DNA of 45,205 bases from positions 1 through 45,205 of the IMG/VR virus record IMGVR_UViG_3300032233_001607. The stretch is one strand, 5' to 3'. The notes beneath the pieces are model-generated. The model was not told the DNA's origin. It saw nothing but the letters and a program-made list of their open reading frames with translations, and searched no databases. Of the stretch, positions 19,401-28,000 are shown piece by piece. How positions within the stretch are numbered: position 1 is the stretch's first letter; each line of letters starts with the position of its first letter. Origin of the DNA: a virus (taxonomy: Duplodnaviria > Caudoviricetes). A program made the translations under genes and the position numbers.

Positions 19401-21895
19401 ATAGTAACTGCTTGTGCTGCGGGAATTGAAACTGGTGCAGTATTTGCAATACCAATAAAGAATGAAGTAGATCCAACTCCAGTTACTGTTACATTAGTTA
19501 AAGCTGTTCCAACATTGACAGTATTTCCAATTGATATTGAACTTGCAGCAGAAACAAAAATTTGCGTAGATCCTACAGAAACTATTGCAGAAGTTGTAGT
19601 TGCAATCGATGGTAGTGCAATAGTAAATTTTGTTGATGAATTAACTGAAGTAAGAACTCCAACAAAAAATTGAGTAGAACCTGCAGCAACTGGACTGGAA
19701 ATGGTAGTTGATAACCTGGATGAAGATGTACTTCCAATTCCAATAGTTAAGAAGGTATTTCCAACAGAAACAATAGGTACACTTGTTAATGCTGTTCCTA
19801 CACTGATTCTTGTTGCGGTATGAATACCTGCAAGAATGTTTGGATCAGCATTTACATAAATTGTTGTTGATCCAAATCCAACTGTGCTTGTTAATTGAGT
19901 ATTTGATGTTACATATGGACTAGTATCGCTTAATGCAATATTGACAAAACTTGCACCAATACCAAGTACTGTGGCACCAACTCCAGGAGTGGAAGTACCA
20001 ATTCTACTGAATACGTAAATAGAACTTCCTACAGAAACTCCTTTAGTATTATTAACGTAAATTACTGTTGAACCACCGCCAACTGCAGAGGAAATTGATG
20101 TAACTAAGAAATTTTCATTTTGCAAATATCTATATGCACCTATCGTTGCCAATCCAACAAAGGATTTTGGTGATTGAATTACATCTGCATTAAATGTTGA
20201 AGCAGATCCGACAGTACCATATACCGATTGTATATCAGAAATGCTATATGATGTAATTGCGGTCGCTACTCTTCCATTTGCCAATCCATCAAAACTGAAA
20301 GATTCATTCTTTATAAAATCTCCACTCTTATCATAAACCAATAGATACTTAGAATTTACTACACTTTCTTTAAGAAAACCTGAGGCACCACTGCTATTGC
20401 CAACAATTCTTGTGGGGACTGATAGTTCTACTGGTTCATTTAATTCAATCTCGGTTACTGTTTGAATGTCGTAAAGTGAGAGATGCCACTCATTTATATT
20501 TGAATTTGAAGTATTGTAAGATCCTGCTTCTAATTTAAAGTCATAAACTCTAGCAACACCAATTTCTCTACCATATGCAGTGGTGCTGGATGAACCAATT
20601 CTAGAATCTCTTAAACTTACATAATAGGTATTTCCAATACCTATTCGAGGTGCTCCATATACTCTATTGAGTTTTAAAGTTGGACCAGTATTATAAATTA
20701 AACTTTGATCTGTACTTGTTTCAGTAGTTCTTGTTTTTGGTGCATCAATAAAGGATGAGTTTAAAGTTTCTATCTCATAACCTCTAATAAATGCCTTTCC
20801 AGGAGATATTTGATATAAAGATAGGTCATCATTTGGAGTTGATCCAGTTGAAGTGAATTGCCCCACTTCATATACTCCACGATTACCTAAATTATCATTT
20901 AATGATTCTTTTACGCTTAAATCGAAGGGAGAAACATAGTAATCCCCAGATTCTGCATATGTTCTTCTTGCTAAAATATCAGTCCAATCTTTATCGCTAT
21001 ATCCACCTTGACCGTAATTGATAATCGTTTGAGACCTTAAAACACCGTCTGTGACAGTTCCTAATTCGATGAATGAACCATCGTTAAAATCAGTTAAACT
21101 TTTTTTGAATAGTGATACGGAAATTTTTAATCTATCAGCTCCTGGCGCAGCATAGTTATTAAATCCCTGCGAGTTATCATTCAGACTTTCATCCATATCT
21201 GAATTAACAACTTCCTCATTGATATATAAACCAATTCTATAATTTGGTTTATTACCGTACTGTTCTAATATAAGAGTCTCTTTTGCTACATTTAAGAATT
21301 GTCCGCGTATGAAATATACACCATCCTGAATAGAAAATGCAGACGCGATTGAAGTTGCATTATTGGAAATTGTAGATGCAAATGCTTGCCCTGCTACAAT
21401 TATACTATTTCCCAACAAACCTGATGATATATTTGTAGTACAGAGAAGGTTTTCTCCATCAAAAAATTGCTGACTTTGATTATTTTGTGTACTAGATCCC
21501 AAGTAATTTACATAAAGGGTGGCAGTTCCTCTAATTGAATCCGCAGAAGATAATACTTTTTCTATTACTGCAGTAATTCCTGAGGTTTCTCCAATAATCT
21601 TTGTTCCAACAAGTTGATCTAAGTATGCCTCTACAGGAACCCCAGAAAAAGTGTTATTTAATTGAACTGCATAATAAAGTGCATTATATGCAGTATTTCC
21701 TGGAATTACCTTTGCACCTTCTTTAAAGAAATGCTGTCCGAATTTTTCAATTTGATTTTGAAGAATTGACTGTAAAGTAGTTAATTCTCTTGCCTGAACA
21801 GGATATCCCGGTTTAAAAAGAACCTTATAATAATCATTATTTGCATCAAAGTCATCAAAATATGGAGATACATTGAGATTAGTTTGTTGTGGCAT
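13475..21895 (-). CDS. Giant virion structural protein (DUF4815/VrlC-like)
   Basis: TNLNVSPYFDDFD..YYKVLFKPGYPVQARELTTLQSILQNQIE, APGADRLKI, RFKSGFFVDNF, DPLAQSF, EDLKF. Follows gp8. Confidence 0.88.
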   Translation of the reverse strand: MPQQTNLNVSPYFDDFDANNDYYKVLFKPGYPVQARELTTLQSILQNQIEKFGQHFFKEGAKVIPGNTAYNALYYAVQLNNTFSGVPVEAYLDQLVGTKIIGETSGITAVIEKVLSSADSIRGTATLYVNYLGSSTQNNQSQQFFDGENLLCTTNISSGLLGNSIIVAGQAFASTISNNATSIASAFSIQDGVYFIRGQFLNVAKETLILEQYGNKPNYRIGLYINEEVVNSDMDESLNDNSQGFNNYAAPGADRLKISVSLFKKSLTDFNDGSFIELGTVTDGVLRSQTIINYGQGGYSDKDWTDILARRTYAESGDYYVSPFDLSVKESLNDNLGNRGVYEVGQFTSTGSTPNDDLSLYQISPGKAFIRGYEIETLNSSFIDAPKTRTTETSTDQSLIYNTGPTLKLNRVYGAPRIGIGNTYYVSLRDSRIGSSSTTAYGREIGVARVYDFKLEAGSYNTSNSNINEWHLSLYDIQTVTEIELNEPVELSVPTRIVGNSSGASGFLKESVVNSKYLLVYDKSGDFIKNESFSFDGLANGRVATAITSYSISDIQSVYGTVGSASTFNADVIQSPKSFVGLATIGAYRYLQNENFLVTSISSAVGGGSTVIYVNNTKGVSVGSSIYVFSRIGTSTPGVGATVLGIGASFVNIALSDTSPYVTSNTQLTSTVGFGSTTIYVNADPNILAGIHTATRISVGTALTSVPIVSVGNTFLTIGIGSTSSSRLSTTISSPVAAGSTQFFVGVLTSVNSSTKFTIALPSIATTTSAIVSVGSTQIFVSAASSISIGNTVNVGTALTNVTVTGVGSTSFFIGIANTAPVSIPAAQAVTIFPSLVDVSVTSVGSSSFFIGAGNTTAVQINAGTAVTYNNISSMITGTGVTFTNLAPYIPGDVVNFSTPIFSSKIISTNLLFPGNYVKVGNLVSYFDSRLTDPVFAKTYQIGTNYIEVVGVTTVTNICEGKLPSTTLSVPDLNIISTQLETSTDNTLYTRLPKNNIASVDLTDSYLIIRKTFNVNISNNQLSTALDAGTNEAFLPFDEERYALIRSNGNVEILTSDKFSFTNGSSTLQIYNLGSNDTGATLIATLRKNKPKAKVKRKNKVNSIVIDKSKYDGSGTGGQTFDDGLVFGNYPFGTRVQDEVLSLNTSDIIEVHGIFESLDSSTEPSAPTMDIGSITGPITQTYDLIVGEKIVGQSSKASAIVAEKLGNAKISFLYKNNNTFKEGETILFEESGATAQITALDLPSKEISPNYTFTTGQGQTFYNYGTLKRKSESQEPYYKVKVYFANAYYDLTDDGDITTVNSYSNFSYGKDILSTNGIRNSDIIDIRPKVSNYQVLENSRSPLEFFGRVFNNSGNSSSNILASDESINISFSYYLGRIDRLFLTKDGKFQVIYGNPSEKLQKPGNIDDSLEIATITLPPYLYNVSDAKVEFLSHKRYRMVDIKKLEDRIKNLEYYTALTLLESNTSNLFIPDNDGLNRFKSGFFVDNFTSLLAQEDSITGDRNKNSIDLAFKELRPSHYTTSVDLASGPATGISPGADLSFTDIEGINVRKTGDILTLDYSEVEWLKQTFATRSESVTPFLISFWQGTLELTPASDTWVDTTRLEAKVIQTQGNYAETLANAVKNQGVDPQTGFAPVIWNAWVTNWTGTETVRGSQTRTVVSGGGWQGGGGAAAIVDTQTTTVFQDQLLEVRDTGVTSRTGTRTVISEQFDLTSVGDRVVDRSIVPFMRSRNIQFVAKRIKPLTRIYAFFDGVNVTKYCVPKLLEISMTSGVFQVGENVSGTTIGTGVGSNGNLGSDSPKITFRVAASNHREGPYDAPTISFPQNPYTSQILQNTYSSTSNILNVDTFSLANQPQGTFSGWVESGMTLVGETSGAQATITNVRLISDIAANLHGSFFVPNPNNNIHPKFETGTKTLTFVNNDANDQNAATTVAEEAFISSGTLETVQENIISVRNARIENKQEFEERAASRTTGTQIVSSTVVSQSSRQVVVGWYDPLAQSFLVDNSTGVFLTRCDVYFRSKDDMNIPVVFQLRTMANGYPTQKVLPFSEIVLDPEQINTSADGSIATTFTFKAPVYLEGEKEYAICLASNSTKYSVYISRIGENDLLTQTYISNQPYLGSLFKSQNASTWEASQWEDLKFNLYRADFLESGTVEFYNPELTKGNKQIANLLPDPLKFNSRKIRVSISSTLTDAGIRVGNTVSQLQSGGTANLVGTAGSATGTLNIINAGIGYTPSSGGLTFNNISLTSITGSGKNATANITINNGVSIAATIVNGGSGYKSGDVLGITSIGAFNTGTNARFSLVSIAATNQLILDNIQGDFLTGVGNTLQYTNSVGISTNINGAGANLLATSIDIENDGLHIKVNHKNHGMYSGQDLVVLSGIEPDTKATKLSIPVAFDSNSTIYVEDSTEFGTFENAAVSAQNPGYLIIGTEVISYTNVSSGAIQGPIVRAISGTATNYPAGTPVYKYELNGISLRRINTTHNTQDVTVTDPFNFNYYNVKVDTSTNGVNRSNSLTYPTLYIKQTKSSGGTNVFSTQNIPFEVITPVIQNVTVQGTSISAEMRSVSASSISGNELPYTDQGYEIISINKPNYVSSPRLISSRVNEVDKLDNYPGNKSFNMRVLLSTTDTYLSPIIDTQRVSAIFTSNRVNQVITDYVNDSRVNTIAEDPTAFQYLSKEISLENSATSLKILVSSHINNYCDIRAFYAISETSNFTPIYTPFPGWENLDARGRVIDISKNTGSSDIFVSKTQSLGFESENIEFKEYSFTADNLPSFRSYRIKLILTSTNQVYVPRMKDLRVIALA
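19195..20110 (-). repeat. Four copies of a ~65-aa beta-rich domain (GST(V/T/Q)(I/F)(Y/F)V motif) inside the 2806-aa protein
   Basis: GGGSTVIYV, GFGSTTIYV, AAGSTQFFV, SVGSTQIFV. VGTALT.V and VG..SFFIG also recur. Confidence 0.75.
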
Positions 21896-21901
21896 AATTC
21901 G

Positions 21902-23452
21902 TTAAAATTGCAATATGACTTTGATGTCTTCTTTTTGATTTGAAGATCTCGTAATTGATGGCCTATTATCTACGTAGATAATATCTCCAGAATATTTTTT
22001 AACTTCTGGTGTTGCCAGACCATTTGCAAAATACTGACCAAGATAGTAGGTTCTATTATTTATGACGGTAGATACACCTGTAAATGATGTACTAATTGAT
22101 AGGTTTACGGATCCACCAGAAATTACTAAACTACCTCCAGAAGAAGGTGAGTTTGTAAATTCAGTAAGATTGAATCCATATACTGGAGTTGACTGTGCTA
22201 CTCCAACAGTACTAAACCCAGACAAAGAACGATCTTGCCAATATTTTAAGACGCCGGTTGTTTGGTCGTAATTGACAACCTTTCCAGCGGCGGTTATGCC
22301 AGTTCCGATTGTTTGTGTGATAATTGAATCAGTAGTAAATGATGCAGAACTATATCCAACTCCAGTTAATCTAAGTGCATATACTGCACTTGCTTTATCT
22401 GAAGTTAGATTTTGATTTGATCCATATGCTTGTGGATTTCTAACAATACCAATTCTAGATATTTGATTTCCTGTTATAAAATCTGGATTTTCATTATCAT
22501 TTTCTATTCTAGAATAAAGAAGTACATTATATGCTCCAAGTTCCCTGTAAATATCTGCCCCATGTCCACCTTTTGGTGGAATAATTACATCAAATTCTGG
22601 TCTTGTCAATCCTGTAGGAAAATTTGAAGAATCCAGATCAACATTACCATATGTATATCCAGATCCTTGATTTGATACATTTATAGATTCTACCTGCTGA
22701 TCGTTATTTACAACAATCGTACATTCTGCTCCATTGCCGTCACCTTTAATTGGAATTCTAAAATAAGATGTATTTGCAGTCCCTAATCCAACTCCTCTAT
22801 TTTTTACTGTTACAATCTTAATTGAACCGTCTATTGAATTATTTCTTACTGCAGAATTATCATTTCCAGTAGTCCAATTTTCTGGAACTGGAATAAAATC
22901 AGTAGATTCGAATTTTTTAATATCTGAGGGTTTAATTGTATATAAGTATTTCCAAAGATAACCGTCTCCACTTGTACCAGCTGCTCTTGGTTCTAAATCT
23001 GTAAATACTGGTTCATCTAAGGATGGTCTTCCATTTGGATTTTCTGGATCTATTCCATTGTGTAGGCAAATATAAACTCTATAATCAGAGTTTAAAACAT
23101 AGTATGAAGATCCATATAGATTTGTAGATCCAGAAACCTTTGCAGTATTTGATCTGGTGTAATCGTGACGATACATGTCATAAATTGTTCCAGAAGACCA
23201 ATTCCTTTTTTCAATAACCGGTCTTACATCACTTGCAGTAATTTTTTTTAATCCAACCATTGTATCCCAATAAGAATTCTCATCATCAAAACTATCTTTT
23301 GGTGCTGGTGGGTTATTATCCCAATCAATTTGATATTCTGTTGGGTTTGGGAGACCAATAAAGGAATAGTATGAATTATCAGACGAATTTACATCAGATA
23401 CAAAACTCTTCGCATTTAATATTCTAATTTGATCAGTTATAATTGCTGCCAT
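21902..23452 (-). CDS. gp8: Baseplate wedge protein
   Basis: AIITDQIRILNA, YRVYICL.NG, DGYLWKYLYTI, SGDIIYVDNR..ITRSSNQKEDIKVILQF. Confidence 0.93.
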   Translation of the reverse strand: MAAIITDQIRILNAKSFVSDVNSSDNSYYSFIGLPNPTEYQIDWDNNPPAPKDSFDDENSYWDTMVGLKKITASDVRPVIEKRNWSSGTIYDMYRHDYTRSNTAKVSGSTNLYGSSYYVLNSDYRVYICLHNGIDPENPNGRPSLDEPVFTDLEPRAAGTSGDGYLWKYLYTIKPSDIKKFESTDFIPVPENWTTGNDNSAVRNNSIDGSIKIVTVKNRGVGLGTANTSYFRIPIKGDGNGAECTIVVNNDQQVESINVSNQGSGYTYGNVDLDSSNFPTGLTRPEFDVIIPPKGGHGADIYRELGAYNVLLYSRIENDNENPDFITGNQISRIGIVRNPQAYGSNQNLTSDKASAVYALRLTGVGYSSASFTTDSIITQTIGTGITAAGKVVNYDQTTGVLKYWQDRSLSGFSTVGVAQSTPVYGFNLTEFTNSPSSGGSLVISGGSVNLSISTSFTGVSTVINNRTYYLGQYFANGLATPEVKKYSGDIIYVDNRPSITRSSNQKEDIKVILQF

Positions 23453-23470
23453 TTTACGGAGTTTTTTTAT

Positions 23471-23478
23471 TATTTATA
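23471..23478 (-). promoter_or_regulatory. T4-type late promoter TATAAATA upstream of gp8
   Basis: Exact TATAAATA 19 nt before ATG 23452. Confidence 0.8.
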
Positions 23479-23485
23479 GAGCAAA

Positions 23486-24994
23486 TCAGATGAGATCTGG
23501 ATAAATCCTAATAGTATTACCCATTCCTGCATGATCGGTACATTGATAATAAAGAGTATTTGGTGCATTAAAGGGAACGGTAAACTTGATTGTTGTCATA
23601 GTTTGACCGTTCCCTACTACACCATTATTATATACGGTTCCATTATTTTGATTTCTAATTTCAAATGGATGATCTGGAGCATTATTTACAATATGATAAG
23701 TACATCCCCTTGCCAAATATAATACTGGATCAGCAGTTCCGGAAGGATTTGTAAATCCAATGCCAGTAAAGAAGAAATCATAACCATCTCCGGTAACAGT
23801 CCATTTACCACTAACGGTATATGAAGCATCTCCATATAAAGATGTTGCTGTAAGAATTCCAACTGTAGCAATACCTGAAGAATTGATGGAGGAAACTGTA
23901 ATATTTGGAGATCCAGTGAGATTTTGTGCTACTGTAGAAACTCCAGCATAATTTGCATATCCAGCATAAGTAGAATTTGTTGATACACCAGAACTTGTAG
24001 AGTATCCAGCAATTGTTGCATAGGTTGCAATACCAGTATTAGTTGCATAGGTTGCAATACCACTTGAAGTTGCATAAGTGGCAATACCAGAATTAGGTGT
24101 ATAGGTTGCTATACCACTTGATGTAGAGTATCCAGCAATTGTGGCATAGGTTGCTATGCCTGCCCTAGTCGCATAGGTTGCAATGCCAGAATTGGGGGCA
24201 TATGTAGCAATACCAGCAGTATTGGTATAATTTGCACTTACACCAGTTAAACCAATACCAGACCCGACAAACCCAGCAGCTGTAACTATGCCACTAATTT
24301 TAGCATCTCCAAATACATCAAGTTTTGATGTTGGATTATTTCTATTAAGTCCAAGATTTCCAGACTCAGACAGTCTAAATCCTTCAATACTGTTTGTTAC
24401 AAAAATTAGAGGATTTGCCGATGTTAATCCAACAACACCAGCATAAGCTGGAAATGTACTAAAATCACTATTTCCAGATGAGTTTTGTAAACCCAAAACA
24501 AAATTGGACGGACTATTGTTTGAAAGTCTAATAGTTGCTGGTCTTGTCAGTGTATTTGGAATAATCGAAATCGATGGTTCGGTTGTTCCGGGATTTGATC
24601 TAATGTGGAGAGGATAACTTGCATTTGCAGTTCCAATTCCAACAAATTCACTAATATAAACACCTCCTGTGACCGAAAGTTTTTGTGTTGGATTTGTAGT
24701 ACCTATTCCAACATTTTTTAGCGTATGAATACCAACTGTATTATTTGCCCATGTACCAGAAGATCCGGCAATAGATGGTTCAACTTGTATGTTTACTATT
24801 CCTGTTGAGGATGAAATAGTAATTCCTGTTCCTGCAACAATGGTTGTTACGATTCCTGCTGGCAAATTTGTGCCATTACCCAATAGAGTATAAAGTTCGT
24901 TAAAATTGCTATTAATTTTAACGCCAGCAACAAGCAGGCTATCACCTGTTCCATCATTTGGGATAGTTCCTGTGCCTATACCTAACTTTGCCAT
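23486..24994 (-). CDS. Fibre-like virion protein: gp9/gp10-like N-terminal anchor, repeat stalk, cupredoxin-like C-terminus
   Basis: GTIPNDGTGDSL..AGVKINSNFNELY, VGIGTTNP fibre motifs, GIATYA repeats, DHPF...YYQCTDHAGM. Confidence 0.8.
   Translation of the reverse strand: MAKLGIGTGTIPNDGTGDSLLVAGVKINSNFNELYTLLGNGTNLPAGIVTTIVAGTGITISSSTGIVNIQVEPSIAGSSGTWANNTVGIHTLKNVGIGTTNPTQKLSVTGGVYISEFVGIGTANASYPLHIRSNPGTTEPSISIIPNTLTRPATIRLSNNSPSNFVLGLQNSSGNSDFSTFPAYAGVVGLTSANPLIFVTNSIEGFRLSESGNLGLNRNNPTSKLDVFGDAKISGIVTAAGFVGSGIGLTGVSANYTNTAGIATYAPNSGIATYATRAGIATYATIAGYSTSSGIATYTPNSGIATYATSSGIATYATNTGIATYATIAGYSTSSGVSTNSTYAGYANYAGVSTVAQNLTGSPNITVSSINSSGIATVGILTATSLYGDASYTVSGKWTVTGDGYDFFFTGIGFTNPSGTADPVLYLARGCTYHIVNNAPDHPFEIRNQNNGTVYNNGVVGNGQTMTTIKFTVPFNAPNTLYYQCTDHAGMGNTIRIYPDLI
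23930..24230 (-). repeat. In-frame tandem 27-nt (GIATYAxxx) repeats interspersed with GYSTSS units
   Basis: Seven GIATY units. The DNA unit TGCATAGGTTGCAAT and variants recur at 27-nt spacing. Confidence 0.9.
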
Positions 24995-25011
24995 TTTTAT
25001 AAGTTTTTAAG

Positions 25012-25019
25012 TATTTATT
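25012..25019 (-). promoter_or_regulatory. Late promoter-like AATAAATA upstream of the fibre gene
   Basis: ATAAATA core overlapping the gp7 stop. Confidence 0.6.
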
Positions 25020-28000
25020 GAATGTAACTAGTATATTTTAGAGGAATAGTTCTTCTAACAAATGCCGAAGTTGATATTCCACCAATGCCATTAGTTCCAT
25101 AAAAATCAAAGTTATTTTCTTCACTTCTATATGGAAGAGTTATTTTACCCCAACTAAAGTTTCCAAAATAATTTGAAGATGTGACTATTCCAGTGTAAGA
25201 AGTGGATCCTAAACCAACAGCAGAATCAAATTTTAATACTCCAGAATCAAAAGTGATAACTGAAGAACTAAATGTTAGTGAAGAAATTCCAATAATTCTT
25301 GCAAATACTCTTCTAAGATTAGTTGTTCCAATACCCGTAATATTTCTTTGTATTATCTCAGAAGTATCAACTTGATATACATTATCAACAAATTGTGTTC
25401 CAATTGCCACAAATCCCCCATTAGTATTTCCTGAATATATTACAGTAGTAGCAGATCCAACATTTGAATTATAAACAATAAAATAATCACCAACAGAAAG
25501 GGAACTTAATGTGACGGCAATTCCGGCAACATTTGTAGATCTTAAATAGGAGTCATTTGGAATATGAAGATCTAAGATAATCTTATTCTCAAGTGCAAGT
25601 GTAGTTGTTAAACCAAATCCAACAATAACTCCAGAATCTCCTTTATATTCACCAACTTCATTAGTCTCTTCATCTGTTGTTGGTGGTTCAATTAGAACAA
25701 CTGGAGGATTATTTTGAGAATAACCTGTACCAAATCCAGTTAGACTAATAGAGGTAACGATGCCAGTTAATGTTGATATTGAAGTTATTCCACTTGCTCT
25801 TTGGGTTGTTCCCAATCCCACTGGAGACTGAATTGTAACAATTGGGCTGGTATGGTAACCCATTCCACCTTGATTTAAGACAAGTTGGGTTATTGTTCCT
25901 GCGGAAGAAACGATAGATGTTGCAGCAGCAGAAATTTTTTCATTCTGAGATACTAAGGTAATTTGTTTCTGGAATTCTAGTGATACATTATTTTCATTTT
26001 GTGGATTGAAGAAAGGTCTAATATTATCCACATATATTATTGTTGACCCAATACCAACAGGTTTAATTAAATATGCAAATGGGTTTATGGATGGTTCATA
26101 AAGAGTTCTATCTTTACCAATATAACGACCATCAATTATTTTATCCTTAGTTTGTTTAGTCCATGTTACTGTTCTATAAAGAGTTTCATCTTCAGTATTT
26201 CCTGGACCAAAATATGGATTGGTGCTTACATTATCAGTTGCATTGACACTGGTTACTGTTCTACTTGTTTCCTGCAGAATATTAGATTGACCTATAGAAG
26301 CATCATACCCAAGAGTCAAATCATCACCATATTTAACTGTCTCCAGTATATTTCTCTCAATAACGTCAAGAACTCCACTTCCTTTATAGAATAAAATCTT
26401 TGATGAATCACCTTGTTTTGGAGGTTCAGTAAATGTTATTTTACTTCCACCATTAAAGATATATGCTTTACCTGGGACTTGTAGAGTATCATTGATGAAT
26501 ATGAGAAGTGTGTCTTGAACGTTAACATTTGAACCCCTCTCAGATCTAATTGTAATTAAATTTTTAGAAACTTTTAGTGGGAATACAACTTCACTTCCAT
26601 CAAATAGATCATCCAATTTATCAAGAACTTGCAATTCTCCAAGAGACCATCCAGTAAATTTATCAGAAAAAGTCTTCTGTACTGTAACAGTAAATTGATT
26701 GAATCCGGAAGTCGTCGGTATTCCGGTTACACCGCCAGTAGGAAGAGTTAATATATCACCTTGTCCGTATCCATATCCATTGTTCTTAATTTCAAAGTCA
26801 ATGACACTAGATCCTTGTCCGACAACAATATCTACAGTTGCTTCAGTGCCAAATCCAGTTGTTCCTGAAATATACTTCAATGGAATATCTGAGTATGGAA
26901 GTGGGGCATCAATAATTACATATGGTCTATTTGAAGATGTATATCCAGTACCTGGGTTGGTAATTGCTATACTTACGACATGACCCCCACTAACAACTGC
27001 TGTTCCTATAAACTGGATATTTGGTGTTGATACTGAAGAAGTTCCAACACCAACTCTAACTACTTGACTTCCAGATCTATAACCAGAACCACTATTTCCA
27101 ATACTAATTGAAGAAATTGTTCCTGCAATTGAAACAGTTGCTGTTCCTCCAGCAGAAACTAATGGTTGATATCCAAAACCTTCAAAAGATCCAACAGATA
27201 TAATAACTCCACCAACAGGTAAGTTTGAAGTATTTACATCAGATCTAAATGAAGTTGCAGTTCCAGTAAATCTAACTGATGTTATTCCAGAAGTTTCTTG
27301 TAAAGTATAGTCATATGTCAATCCTGGACCTTGGAAAATATCGTTGATAAGAACTACGGCATTTTCAGTTGATATTCCAGTAACATTTGATTGATTTGAT
27401 TTTAAATTAAAACTTCTCTTTGAACCATCGAATTGAGTTGAAATATCATCAAAAATATAATTGTGGGAATATGTTTCTTCCGAAGAATTTGGTTTTCCTG
27501 AGCGTAAGAAAGATCTCCCTTGGAAATGTGATCCTGTAGATATTCCAGACCAATCTCTATCATCTGGAGCATTAGTTGTGCTGCTATATGGAAGATTTCC
27601 GTAGGGAGCTTCTACAAAATTTAAAGTGTTTGCAATAATATTGTAATTGCCAGTAACTTTAGTTACCATAGATCCTGTTGAATATCCTGCTAATGGAGTT
27701 CCTAACCAAGGTCGTTGAACTCTAATTGCATTAGTAATCCCAGCTCCAACAGATTGAATTTTCATAATCTCATTACCAATTTTAATTAAATCTCCACCAA
27801 AGAAAGATGAAATTCCAGTGAAATATAAAACATCATCAGTTGTTGTAATTGATTGTGATAATGAACTTGTCAGTGCTGTTGCAACAATTGGAGATTGGAT
27901 AATATTGTCAAGAGCAATAATAACTTTTGCATTTTGGTTTGTTGACGAAAGAGTATGAGATGTTCCTACTCCTACATTGGTAATATTTAAAGTTTTGGGA

